A stretch of DNA of 64,000 nucleotides from Anaerovoracaceae bacterium (GTDB taxonomy: Bacteria > Bacillota > Clostridia > Peptostreptococcales > Anaerovoracaceae). This document shows positions 1 through 8,863 of this stretch, piece by piece; positions within the stretch are counted from its first letter, which is position 1, and each line of letters opens with the position of its first letter. A model generated the notes under the pieces. That model was not told where the DNA came from. It saw only the letters and a list, made by a program, of their open reading frames with translations, and searched no databases. Both the position numbers and the translations under genes were made by a program. The stretch is taken from NCBI GenBank assembly GCA_045546135.1, contig JAZQCD010000010.1, forward strand, positions 1,766-65,765. The letters are read 5' to 3'.

Positions 1-1
1 C

Positions 2-73
2 CTGCTTGCAGATACTCTTCGCGCTCATATGGATATGAAAAAGGTCTACGAGATCATAAACGAAGGACTTTAA
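2..73 (+). CDS. 3' end of an upstream gene truncated by the window edge (product unidentified)
   Basis: Frame 2 is open from the window edge to TAA at 71-73 (...LLADTLRAHMDMKKVYEIINEGL*), 45 nt before the cbiC start. It is too short to identify. Frame 1 is also open to about 99, so the frame choice is uncertain. Confidence 0.25.
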   Translation: MLADTLRAHMDMKKVYEIINEGL

Positions 74-118
74 GATTTAAAAAGTTTTTGCTCATTTAGA
101 AAGATTGGAGTAATATCA

Positions 119-757
119 ATGATAAAAATAGACAATGTTGCGCCGGCAGATATTGAAAGAGAAAGCTTTGCGACCATCACAAGAGAGCTTGGAGACAAGC
201 AGCCACCGGAAGAACTTGCTCCCATAGTCAAGAGAGTCATCCATACTACAGCTGATTTTGAATATGCAGATACTCTTTACTTTTCACCTGATGTAGTTGA
301 AAAGGCCAAGGCTGCCATAAGAGGCGGTGCTACCATAGTTACGGACACTCAGATGGCTTATTCAGGCATCAACAAAAGGTCCGCTGCTAAGTTCGGCTGC
401 GAAGTACATTGCTTCATGTCTGATGAAGATGTAGCAAAAAGAGCAAAGGCAGAGGGAGTTACTCGCGCCCGCATGAGCATGGACAAGGCATCAGAACTTG
501 GCGACAATGTGATCTTTGCCATAGGCAATGCTCCCACAGCACTGATCAGGCTTCGAGAACTCATCGATGACGGCTACAGACCAAAGCTCATCATAGGAGT
601 CCCGGTTGGTTTCGTAAATGTAGTTCCTTCAAAGGAACTCATAATAGAGACTGATATACCATGCATCGTTGCAAGGGGACGCAAGGGCGGCAGCAATGTT
701 GCTGCATGCATTGTCAATGCGCTTCTCTATGTAATGGATGAAAAAAGAGGAGACTGA
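119..757 (+). CDS. cbiC: precorrin-8X / cobalt-precorrin-8 methylmutase
   Basis: The 212-aa ORF has the family-typical motifs VIHTTADFEYA and IGNAPTAL. The RBS TTGGAG lies upstream of the ATG. Confidence 0.85.
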   Translation: MIKIDNVAPADIERESFATITRELGDKQPPEELAPIVKRVIHTTADFEYADTLYFSPDVVEKAKAAIRGGATIVTDTQMAYSGINKRSAAKFGCEVHCFMSDEDVAKRAKAEGVTRARMSMDKASELGDNVIFAIGNAPTALIRLRELIDDGYRPKLIIGVPVGFVNVVPSKELIIETDIPCIVARGRKGGSNVAACIVNALLYVMDEKRGD

Positions 758-772
758 TCAAGGAGATCTCAT

Positions 773-1654
773 ATGGAGAACAGTTCTAAGTTTTTTTGCA
801 ACAAAGAATGCCAATACTTCCCTTGTCACGAAACAAAGGACCCGGACAGCTTCAACTGCATGTTCTGCTACTGTCCTTTGTATTCCTATGGAGACAAGTG
901 CGGAGGGCATTTCCATTATACGAAAAAAGGTGTAAAGAGCTGCATAGACTGCACTATTCCCCATCATGCCAACTCCGCTGAATATATAAATGCAAAACTT
1001 AAGGAGTTCAATGCATCAAAGCCTGACCAAAGGGATCAGCTCATGGTATGTTTGGATATGGAAGGCACCATATTCCCGGAGATCTGGGAGGCGGTAGCTG
1101 ATACTTTTGGTGTCCCGGGTCTTAGGCGTACGACAAAAGATGAACCATCCTATGAAAAGCTCATGGAATACAGGATTAAGACTGTCAATGAGAACGGCAT
1201 AGATCTTCCGAAGATACAAAAGGTCATAGAAGGTATGGAGCCTTTTGAAGGGACCGTAGGATTCCTTGAAAAGATAAAGACCTTCGGTCATGTGATCATA
1301 GTGAGTGATACTTTCGAGGAGTTCGCAAGACCGGTAGAGAAAAAGCTTGGGGTAAGTGTCATATGTAACCGCCTTCTTACCGATGAAGAGGGACATTTAG
1401 TGGGTTATGAAATGAGGACGAGAGAGACTAAGGCCTCTGCGGTCAGGGGTTTTCAGTCTATGGGATATCATGTCATAGCTGCAGGTGACGGCTTTAACGA
1501 CATAGCAATGATCAGAGTGGCTGACGGCGGCTGCCTTATCTGTCCTTCAGATGCAGTAAAAGAAAAAGCCGAAGGCATAGACATCGTAAACAGCCTTGAC
1601 GATCTTTACCAACATATCTGCAAAGAAGTAGAAAATATGGGGTCAAAAGACTAA
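773..1654 (+). CDS. fusion of an N-terminal cysteine-rich small (zf-like) domain to a ThrH-like HAD phosphatase/phosphotransferase
   Basis: The N-terminal 60 aa read CNKECQYFPCH..FNCMFCYCPLY..CGG..CIDCTIPH. The remainder aligns by eye along its whole length with P. aeruginosa ThrH (LDMEGTIFPEIW, IIVSDTFEEFARP, VIAAGDGFNDIAM). RBS AAGGAG. Confidence 0.75.
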   Translation: MENSSKFFCNKECQYFPCHETKDPDSFNCMFCYCPLYSYGDKCGGHFHYTKKGVKSCIDCTIPHHANSAEYINAKLKEFNASKPDQRDQLMVCLDMEGTIFPEIWEAVADTFGVPGLRRTTKDEPSYEKLMEYRIKTVNENGIDLPKIQKVIEGMEPFEGTVGFLEKIKTFGHVIIVSDTFEEFARPVEKKLGVSVICNRLLTDEEGHLVGYEMRTRETKASAVRGFQSMGYHVIAAGDGFNDIAMIRVADGGCLICPSDAVKEKAEGIDIVNSLDDLYQHICKEVENMGSKD

Positions 1655-1741
1655 GCATATTAAGATAAACGATACAAAGGAAAGCAATACAAAACCTCCC
1701 AGATTTTTCTCCGGGAGGTTCCTTTTTTTCTTCGGTATATT

Positions 1742-2113
1742 CTACTTCTTGCACTTGGCAAGATGATCTTTTATAGCTTTGAAAGTTGTATCACTTATGT
1801 AGTGCTCTATCCTGCAGGCATCGTCAGTCGCAGTCTTTTCATCTACACCGAGCTCCATGAATATGGCTGTAAGGATAGTGTGCCTTTCATAGATCTTTTT
1901 TGCCTGAGCAAGGCCCTCCTTCGTGAGGCTTATGTTTCCCGCAGGGTCTGTCGTGGCAAGTCCTCTTTTTTTAAGTATTCCAAGACCTCTGCTCACTGAA
2001 GGCTTTGAATAGCCCATTTCAGCTGCAACATCTATACTTCTTACATTGCTCATCCTTTGGGACAGCACATATATGGTCTCCAGGTACATCTCGCCAGACT
2101 CATGAATATCCAT
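1742..2113 (-). CDS. DtxR/MntR-family metal-dependent transcriptional repressor
   Basis: 123 aa: MYLETIYVL, a winged-helix segment (VAAEMGYSKPSVSRGL), then a dimerisation-helix region (ERHTILTAIFMELGVDE). RBS AGAGGAGG. Confidence 0.85.
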   Translation of the reverse strand: MDIHESGEMYLETIYVLSQRMSNVRSIDVAAEMGYSKPSVSRGLGILKKRGLATTDPAGNISLTKEGLAQAKKIYERHTILTAIFMELGVDEKTATDDACRIEHYISDTTFKAIKDHLAKCKK

Positions 2114-2182
2114 AACAATACGCCTCCTCTATTTTCACCACTGAATAAACCATAGCACAGATATTGGAAAAAAGCAATGTAC

Positions 2183-2767
2183 CTATTCTTCGCCAAAGAA
2201 ATGGTCGCATCTGAAATATACGTCTGAAAGGCCGTCTTCAAGGTCCAGATGCTTAAGGACGCTGACTGTGCTCAGCACATCTGCAAGGGCGTTATGGGCT
2301 CCGTTTGGCTTTTCATCGAAATAGAAGAGAGCATAATTAAGAGGCCACTGCCTTCCTTCGCCCTTTTCCATATCATCGAACATGAGCTGTCCGTCAAAGG
2401 TCCGAGGGAGCCATGATGAGTCAAAGCCGAAATATAGAAGGTTGTTTTCCAGCATGCGTATATCGTCCGGTCCCCATGATATGAGCACTGCATCATCGCC
2501 GAGCCAGGCTCTGAAGCCTTCGTATGCTTCCTTAAACCCTATGCCTTTTTCAAGGTCCTGATCCTTTATGAGGGTAAGCTCGGAAACATGCCGGTTCATC
2601 TTTTTGTATACGACCGGTTTTATGAGTCTGTCAAAGGTCGAAAGGATGCTTCCTTCAAGGTCGATCTTTGCTGCGCCTATTTGTATTATTTCTCCTCCGA
2701 GGCCTTCGATGGGCTTTCTCCCGTCTAAGGCCTGGTTCCACTCTAGATCGAAAACTGCTATATTCAT
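2183..2767 (-). CDS. DEDDh-type 3'-5' exonuclease (DnaQ/KapD-like)
   Basis: 194 aa with exo motif I (VFDLEWN), motif II (WGPDDIRML) and motif III (HNALADV). Confidence 0.7.
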   Translation of the reverse strand: MNIAVFDLEWNQALDGRKPIEGLGGEIIQIGAAKIDLEGSILSTFDRLIKPVVYKKMNRHVSELTLIKDQDLEKGIGFKEAYEGFRAWLGDDAVLISWGPDDIRMLENNLLYFGFDSSWLPRTFDGQLMFDDMEKGEGRQWPLNYALFYFDEKPNGAHNALADVLSTVSVLKHLDLEDGLSDVYFRCDHFFGEE

Positions 2768-2813
2768 ATCCCTATTATATCACATCTAAAATAACACAAA
2801 AACGTCTTGACAA

Positions 2814-2859
2814 ATTAGCGTTAACTAACTATACTATAGGAACGTTAGCGAGGACTAAC
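2814..2859. promoter_or_regulatory. pair of 16-bp palindromic operator-like boxes upstream of feoA (candidate DtxR-family sites)
   Basis: ATTAGCGTTAACTAAC (2814-2829) and GTTAGCGAGGACTAAC (2844-2859), 30 bp apart. They share GTTAG/CTAAC half-sites with two further boxes at 3196 and 3251. Confidence 0.5.
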
Positions 2860-2898
2860 TTTGTTCTCGAAAAAAGAAGTAGAAAAAAGGTGATCAAG

Positions 2899-3114
2899 AT
2901 GATGACTTTAGCAGATGCAAACGAAGGTCAGGAATACAGGATCGAAAAGATAGATACAGACGATGATGAACTTGATGAGTTCCTCTTCAGGCTCGGATGT
3001 TACAGCGGAGAACCTATCACGGTCGTTCAACGCGTTCACGGCGGATGCGTCGTAGCTATCAAGGACGGAAGATATAACATAGACAACGAGCTTGCAAAAG
3101 CGATAATCATCTAG
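2899..3114 (+). CDS. feoA: ferrous iron transport protein A
   Basis: The internal ATG of ORF 2668-3114 gives a 71-aa FeoA-like protein (GQEYRIEKI..LGCYSGEPITVV..AIKDGRYNIDNELAKAIII). The upstream part of the ORF lies over the promoter region. Confidence 0.85.
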   Translation: MMTLADANEGQEYRIEKIDTDDDELDEFLFRLGCYSGEPITVVQRVHGGCVVAIKDGRYNIDNELAKAIII

Positions 3115-3195
3115 TTTAAAAGCAAGGCCGTTTTTTGGTCTTTGCAAAATATAGTATCAAAGGGGCGTATAGAGCCCCTGTTAAAAAGTTCAGAA

Positions 3196-3266
3196 GTTAG
3201 CATTTACTAACTAACAAAGGCCGGATATCCGGTTTTTAAACAGGCCCGAGGTTAGCATCGGGTAAC
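3196..3266. promoter_or_regulatory. second pair of the same palindromic boxes, in the feoA-feoB spacer
   Basis: GTTAGCATTTACTAAC (3196-3211) and GTTAGCATCGGGTAAC (3251-3266). A short CCGGATATCCGG hairpin plus T-run (3221-3237) lies between them. Confidence 0.45.
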
Positions 3267-3327
3267 CAAACAGTCTAAAGGGATCCACAGGATCGTTTAT
3301 CGTAATCATACAAGGAGGAAAGTCCAA

Positions 3328-5322
3328 ATGAGAATTGCTCTGACAGGCAACCCAAACTCAGGTAAGACCACAATGTACAATGCCCTTACCGGTCGTAATG
3401 AAAAGATCGGAAACTGGGCCGGTGTTACTGTAGACAGAAAAGAACACCCAATCAAGAAGGTATATGCAGGAGACAAACAGCTGGTAGCTGTAGACCTCCC
3501 GGGCGCATATTCCATGTCACCTTTTACAAGTGAAGAAAGCATCACAAGTTCCTATGTAAGGAATGAGCATCCTGATGTCATCATTAACATAGTAGATGCT
3601 ACTAACCTTTCAAGGAGCCTCTTCTTCACCACCCAGCTCCTAGAGCTCGGTATCCCCGTAGTCGTAGCACTGAATAAGCACGACATCAATGAAAAGAAGG
3701 AAACTAAGATCGACGTAGCTAAGCTCTCAAAGACTTTGGGATGCCCCGTAGTTGATACAGTATCCACATCAGGAGACGGACTCAAAGCTGTAGTAGAAGC
3801 AGCAGTCGAAGCTGCAGGAAAGGATCAGAAAGCTCCTTATGTTCAGGGAGATATAGATCTTACGGACAAGAACGTAGTAGAAGAAGCAGACCGTAAGCGT
3901 TTTGAGTATGTTAACTCAGTAGTCAAAGAAGTCGAGAACAGAAAAGTCCTCACAAAGGACAAGACCTTCGGAGACAAGATCGACGCAGTGCTCACAAACA
4001 AGTGGCTCGGTATCCCTATCTTTGCAGTCGTTATGTTCCTCGTGTTCCAGATCTCTCAGAACTGGATAGGAACTCCTCTGGCAGACCTGCTCGTTGGCTG
4101 GCTCGAAGCCTTCCAGGGCTGGGTAGGAGAGCTCATGGCAGATGCAAGCCCGCTGCTTCAGGCTATAGTAGTTGACGGTATCATTGGTGGCGTATCTGCA
4201 GTAGTAGGATTCCTCCCACTGGTCATGGTCCTTTACTTCCTCCTGGCTCTCCTTGAAGACTGCGGATATATGTCAAGAGTTGCAGTAGTTCTTGACCCGA
4301 TCTTCAAGAAAGTAGGACTTTCCGGAAAGTCTGTTATTCCTTTCGTTATAGGAATAGGATGCGCAGTCCCCGGTATCATGGCAAGCCGTACTATCAGAAA
4401 CGAGCGTGAAAAAAGAGCAACAGCAATGCTCACACCTTTCATGCCCTGCGGCGCAAAGATCCCTGTCATAAGCCTTTTTGCAGGCGCTTTCTTTGAAGAT
4501 TCAGGCTGGGTAAGCACCATTGCATATTTCACAGGTATAGTGCTCATCTTCGTCATGGCCTATGTAGTAAACAGGATAGCAGGATGGAAAGCAAAGAAGT
4601 CCTTCTTCATCATAGAGCTTCCTGAATACAAGGTCCCGTCCCTTTGGTTCGCATTCAAATCCATGTGCAGCAGAGGCTGGGCATACATCGTAAAGGCAGC
4701 TACCATAATCCTTCTTTGCAACATGGCAGTTCAGATCATGCAGACCTTCACATGGCAGTTCACAGTAGCAGAATCTGCAGATCAGTCCATACTCGCATCC
4801 ATAGCAGCTCCATTTGCATATATACTCCTCCCCTTCGTAGGAGTCCTCTCATGGCAGCTTGCTGCAGCAGCAGTTACAGGATTCATCGCAAAGGAAAACG
4901 TTGTAGGAACACTTGCAGTATGCTTCGTAGGTCTTGAGAACCTCATCGATACAGAAGAACTTGCTATGATGGAGGGTGCCGGCGCAGAAGTTGCAGGCAT
5001 CATAGCTATCACAAAGGTCGCAGCTCTTGCATATCTCATGTTCAACCTTTATACACCTCCTTGCTTTGCAGCTATAGGTGCTATGAACTCTGAGATGAAC
5101 AGCGGCAAGTGGCTCTGGAGCGGCATTTGCCTCCAGCTCTTCACAGGATTCAGCGTTGCATATCTCGTATACACCATAGGTACACTCGTAACAGGAGGAG
5201 ATCTTGCAGCAGTTCCTGCGATCATAGGACTTGCAGTGGTAGTACTCTTTGTATGCACTCTCATCTATCTCATTAAGAAGACAGACAGAGAGCTTGCAAA
5301 GGAATATGCTCTTGAAAAGTAA
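3328..5322 (+). CDS. feoB: ferrous iron transport protein B
   Basis: 664 aa with an N-terminal G domain (GNPNSGKTT, DLPG, NKHD) followed by a polytopic membrane domain. RBS AAGGAGG. Confidence 0.95.
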   Translation: MRIALTGNPNSGKTTMYNALTGRNEKIGNWAGVTVDRKEHPIKKVYAGDKQLVAVDLPGAYSMSPFTSEESITSSYVRNEHPDVIINIVDATNLSRSLFFTTQLLELGIPVVVALNKHDINEKKETKIDVAKLSKTLGCPVVDTVSTSGDGLKAVVEAAVEAAGKDQKAPYVQGDIDLTDKNVVEEADRKRFEYVNSVVKEVENRKVLTKDKTFGDKIDAVLTNKWLGIPIFAVVMFLVFQISQNWIGTPLADLLVGWLEAFQGWVGELMADASPLLQAIVVDGIIGGVSAVVGFLPLVMVLYFLLALLEDCGYMSRVAVVLDPIFKKVGLSGKSVIPFVIGIGCAVPGIMASRTIRNEREKRATAMLTPFMPCGAKIPVISLFAGAFFEDSGWVSTIAYFTGIVLIFVMAYVVNRIAGWKAKKSFFIIELPEYKVPSLWFAFKSMCSRGWAYIVKAATIILLCNMAVQIMQTFTWQFTVAESADQSILASIAAPFAYILLPFVGVLSWQLAAAAVTGFIAKENVVGTLAVCFVGLENLIDTEELAMMEGAGAEVAGIIAITKVAALAYLMFNLYTPPCFAAIGAMNSEMNSGKWLWSGICLQLFTGFSVAYLVYTIGTLVTGGDLAAVPAIIGLAVVVLFVCTLIYLIKKTDRELAKEYALEK

Positions 5323-5406
5323 TTAAAAGGTGAAGATTTCCTTCGATTTTACATTTAAGGGCTGATATAATTGGGAAAAGAGATATAGATCAAAAAGGTA
5401 AAATCA

Positions 5407-5580
5407 ATGGAAAATGTCATAGTAATATTGATCTTGGTGGCTATCACAGGACTCATAGTTCGCTACCTCATAAACGAAAAAAAGAAAGGAAAAGCCTGCG
5501 TTGGCTGTCCGTATTCAGGAGGGTGTACAAAAGCATCCTGCGAAAGTCTTGACGGCGTTAAGATCAAGGTTGATGAATAA
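5407..5580 (+). CDS. FeoB-associated Cys-rich small membrane protein
   Basis: This 57-aa ORF is below the track cutoff: MENVIVILILVAITGLIVRYLINEKKKGKACVGCPYSGGCTKASCESLDGVKIKVDE. It has one TM helix plus a Cys cluster and sits directly after feoB. Confidence 0.7.
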   Translation: MENVIVILILVAITGLIVRYLINEKKKGKACVGCPYSGGCTKASCESLDGVKIKVDE

Positions 5581-5590
5581 AGCTAAGCTA

Positions 5591-5616
5591 GGGGGGATGC
5601 TTTAAAGCATCCCCCC
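5591..5616 (+). terminator. GC-rich perfect hairpin after the small Feo-associated gene
   Basis: GGGGGGATGCTTTAAAGCATCCCCCC. Only a short TT follows, so termination may be partial. Confidence 0.5.
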
Positions 5617-5638
5617 TTCGGTACGAAAGGCATAAGAT

Positions 5639-5986
5639 ATGGAGAACGTGATCATAGTATTAGTCATAGCAGTGCTTGCATTCTTTGGCATCAGAGAGAC
5701 GGTAAAACACATGAAGGGCCAGGGAGAGTGCTGCGGAGGCGGTGGATATACGCCGAAGAAGAAAAAACTTAAACACATAGCATTTCAAAAGGACTTCAAA
5801 GTAGACGGCATGAAGTGTGATAATTGCAAAAACAGAGTCATGGAAACTGTGAACGATATAGATCATGTTTCAGCAAAAGTCGACTTAAAGAAGGGTATGA
5901 TGACCGTTTCTTACGAAGAAGATGTAGCTGATGAAGTCATCATAGCCAAATTGAAAAGAGTAGGCTATGATGCAGCAGTCATTTAA
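5639..5986 (+). CDS. membrane-anchored Cys-rich / heavy-metal-associated (HMA) domain protein
   Basis: The N-terminus (MENVIIVLVIAVLAFFG..GECCGGGG) is paralogous to the preceding small protein. The C-terminal 65 aa form an HMA fold with the GMKCDNC metal-binding motif. Confidence 0.75.
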   Translation: MENVIIVLVIAVLAFFGIRETVKHMKGQGECCGGGGYTPKKKKLKHIAFQKDFKVDGMKCDNCKNRVMETVNDIDHVSAKVDLKKGMMTVSYEEDVADEVIIAKLKRVGYDAAVI

Positions 5987-6051
5987 CAGTCTTTTGCCAT
6001 AAGTCTGGCGGAAGTACTATTGATATAAAAAAGAGGTATTTGTAATAAGGA

Positions 6052-6093
6052 ACACTGCAGGAGATAAAAGCTTCCTTCTGCAGTGTTTTTTTG
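6052..6093 (+). terminator. intrinsic terminator
   Basis: ACACTGCAG...CTGCAGTGT stem followed by TTTTTTT. Confidence 0.6.
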
Positions 6094-6151
6094 CAAAGAA
6101 AAATGCCCGGCAGTGCCGGGCATAGCTGTCTTTAAATATTATCTTCGAAGT

Positions 6152-6886
6152 TTATTCTTCGACCTCTCCTGCTTCTCTTGCGCAGAAGGAGCAAAGCTTT
6201 GTATATCCGTGGTTGATAGCTTCTTCTATTTCGATTCCGCCTTCATACCACTGTGCTTCCTTTACGAGGTAAGGATTGCTTCTTGTAAGTGACTGGCAGT
6301 CAGCATAGTAGTGATAGCAGTGACCGTAAGGTGTTACATAGATAGTGTCTGTTCCGTGGTTTGCGATAGCGGCGGTCTTTTCTTCTGAAGAGATAGGATC
6401 CCAGTCAACAGAGAGGAGTCCGCCGAGAAGGAGCGCTACTACTGCGACTACAAGAACGATAGTCTTGTGCTTCTTTCCTATAGCGAGTGAACCTTCCTTG
6501 TCTGTCTTGAGGAGCATGACTATGAACGGTACGAAGCAGATGATTGACATGATGAGTCCCATCTGGTTCTGAAGGAAGAATTTTACCTTGTTCTCCTTTG
6601 ATGCAGGATCGATGTGGTTTGCTTTCTTCCAGAACTGTGATCCGATGATGAGGAATATAAGGTCCAGTACCAGGAAAGCGATGAGGTAAATGATAGGATT
6701 GTCAGGAAGTCCTGCGATGAGCGTAGGAAGATACCACTTACCTGTCAGGTTCATTATAGCTACCAGCTCGCAAGCTACTGCAAGTACCCAGAAGCAAACA
6801 GCAGCAACTCTTTTTCCTGTTGCGCCTTCTGTTGAGTAGTTCTTTGGAGCTTCAGCAGCTTTTTTTGTTGTTTTCTTTTCTGCCAT
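6152..6886 (-). CDS. polytopic membrane protein with a C-terminal Cys/His zinc-ribbon-like motif
   Basis: 244 aa with about four hydrophobic helices. The C-terminal part reads GHCYHYYADCQSL...GYTKLCSFCA, a YH..C...CxxC pattern. No confident family assignment. Confidence 0.55.
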   Translation of the reverse strand: MAEKKTTKKAAEAPKNYSTEGATGKRVAAVCFWVLAVACELVAIMNLTGKWYLPTLIAGLPDNPIIYLIAFLVLDLIFLIIGSQFWKKANHIDPASKENKVKFFLQNQMGLIMSIICFVPFIVMLLKTDKEGSLAIGKKHKTIVLVVAVVALLLGGLLSVDWDPISSEEKTAAIANHGTDTIYVTPYGHCYHYYADCQSLTRSNPYLVKEAQWYEGGIEIEEAINHGYTKLCSFCAREAGEVEE

Positions 6887-6926
6887 TTGATTTTCTCCTT
6901 AAAAAAATGCTTGGAATGATTTCACT

Positions 6927-7592
6927 TTATTTCTTTGAAAGAAGGCTCTGAAGGAGCGCGCCTGCAAGGTCTCCCATGAGGTCGTTTTCCTCTTCTTCTT
7001 TCTTTGAAGTCTTTTTCTTCTTCTTTGAGGATGATGGTTTTTCTTCCTCTTCTTCTGCTCCTAAGAGTCCGCCGAGGAGGCTGGAAAGAGCATCCTCAGA
7101 AGCGCTTTCTGTCTTCTTCTTTTTCTTCTTTGAAGATGATGTAGTTGTCTGCGCGCTTGTATCTGTACTGACAAGGCTCATGACCTTCTTGAGAAGGAAA
7201 GGCGCAGCTGCAATGAGTACTTTGCTTACAGTCTTTGCGTCAAGGCCGAGGCTTTGAGCTATCTGAGCAAGTCCATTGGTCGTATTCTTCTTTCCTCCAA
7301 AAAGGGCTGAAAGAACAGAGTTGTTTGCAGCGTCGGCTGCTTCTATCTCTTCCTCATCCTCTTCCTCTGCTGCCGTTCCCATAAGTCCTGAGAGAAGTCC
7401 AAGAGTATTGTTTTGGTTGGAACCTGAAAGGTTTCCGAGGAGCAGCGGGAGTGCTGCTGAAAGGATAGCGCTTGAATCTCTTGTGGAAACTCCTGCATAA
7501 CCTGCTATCTCTCTTGAAAGTTCTTCATCGATATCGGCTGCCGCCGGCTCTGTTTTAGTCAATTTAACGGTTTCGAGTTTAGATGTATCCAT
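6927..7592 (-). CDS. low-complexity protein, DUF937-like
   Basis: 221 aa with LSAALPLLLGNL and LIAAAPFLLKKV segments resembling DUF937, plus poly-K and poly-E tracts. The function call is weak. Confidence 0.45.
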   Translation of the reverse strand: MDTSKLETVKLTKTEPAAADIDEELSREIAGYAGVSTRDSSAILSAALPLLLGNLSGSNQNNTLGLLSGLMGTAAEEEDEEEIEAADAANNSVLSALFGGKKNTTNGLAQIAQSLGLDAKTVSKVLIAAAPFLLKKVMSLVSTDTSAQTTTSSSKKKKKKTESASEDALSSLLGGLLGAEEEEEKPSSSKKKKKTSKKEEEENDLMGDLAGALLQSLLSKK

Positions 7593-7757
7593 ATAATCCC
7601 TCCTAAAATCGATTTTTATTCATACATCAATATATTACCATATTATCAGATAGGAATAAAACATAAAATTAATGTTAAAAAAAAGGTCGAAATATGGTAC
7701 ATTATATGGTGAGACAAAAGTTGCTAAAGCACATCTATATGTAGGAGGTAAAAATAC

Positions 7758-8852
7758 ATGGCAGATGAGGAAAAATATTTAAAGAGCGACGAACTTACAA
7801 CAGAAGAGACAGCTCTCGTTGAGACCTATGCAAACACCATAGATCTTACAGACACAAGCACGATCCTTACTTACGGAGCAGAAGCTCAGAAAAAGATCGC
7901 TGCATTCTCTGACACAGCCCTTGAAGGTGTAAAGACAAAGGACCTCGGTGGAGTGAGCAATCTCATTACAGGACTCGTAACAGAGCTCAGAGGATTTTCT
8001 GTAGAAGAGGAAAAGAAGGGACTCTTCTCCTTCCTTAAGAAAAAGAGCAACAAGCTTGCAGAACTCACAGCAAAATTCGATTCCGCAGAGAACAATGTAA
8101 ACAAGGTAGTCACAGCTCTTGAAGCACATCAGGACACCCTTACAAAGGACGTAGTCATGCTCGACGAGATGTACGAAGCAAACCTTGATTACTTCAAGGA
8201 TCTGAGCATGTATGTCATTGCAGGAAAGAAAAAACTTGAAGAAGCAAGACAGACCACACTCGTAGAACTCCAGAAAAGAGCAGAGGAATCAGGTCTTGCA
8301 GAGGACGCACAAAGAGCATCCGACTATGCATCCATGTGCGAGAGATTCGAGAAAAGACTTGCTGACCTTGAGGTAACAAGGACCATCAGCGTACAGATGG
8401 CACCGCAGATCAGACTCATCCAGAACAGCGACAACCTGATGATCGAAAAGATCCAGACGACCATCAACAACACCATTCCTCTTTGGAAGAACCAGATGGT
8501 ACTCTCCCTTGGTCTTGCTCATTCCGAGCAGGCAGTTGCAGCTCAGCACGCTGTATCAGAAGCTACAAACGAGCTCCTCAAGAAGAACGCAGAAACTCTT
8601 CACACAGGCGCAGTTGAGATCGCAAAGGAAAGCGAGAGAGCTATCGTTGATCTTGAGACCGTAAAGTATACCAATGAACAGCTCATGGCAACTCTTGATG
8701 AAGTGCTCGCCATCCAGGAAGAGGGACATCAGAAGAGAATCGAGGCAGAGGCTGCTCTTGCCAAGATCGAGAACGAACTGAGAGAGAAGCTCCTCTCCAT
8801 GACAAAGACAGGCCAGAACTCCGGATACGTAGAAGAAGTTCAGGTCCAGTAA
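7758..8852 (+). CDS. telA: toxic anion resistance protein, TelA/YaaN family
   Basis: A 364-aa helical protein. Its N-terminus (IDLTDTSTILTYGAEAQKKIAAFSD) and length are typical of TelA. RBS GGAGG. Confidence 0.8.
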   Translation: MADEEKYLKSDELTTEETALVETYANTIDLTDTSTILTYGAEAQKKIAAFSDTALEGVKTKDLGGVSNLITGLVTELRGFSVEEEKKGLFSFLKKKSNKLAELTAKFDSAENNVNKVVTALEAHQDTLTKDVVMLDEMYEANLDYFKDLSMYVIAGKKKLEEARQTTLVELQKRAEESGLAEDAQRASDYASMCERFEKRLADLEVTRTISVQMAPQIRLIQNSDNLMIEKIQTTINNTIPLWKNQMVLSLGLAHSEQAVAAQHAVSEATNELLKKNAETLHTGAVEIAKESERAIVDLETVKYTNEQLMATLDEVLAIQEEGHQKRIEAEAALAKIENELREKLLSMTKTGQNSGYVEEVQVQ

Positions 8853-8863
8853 GGAGAACTTAA

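Noticed and set aside
6976-7500. Plus-strand ORFs (6976-7257, 7276-7500) rich in poly-F and poly-S
   Set aside because: They are antisense translations of the poly-K and poly-E tracts of the minus-strand DUF937-like gene.
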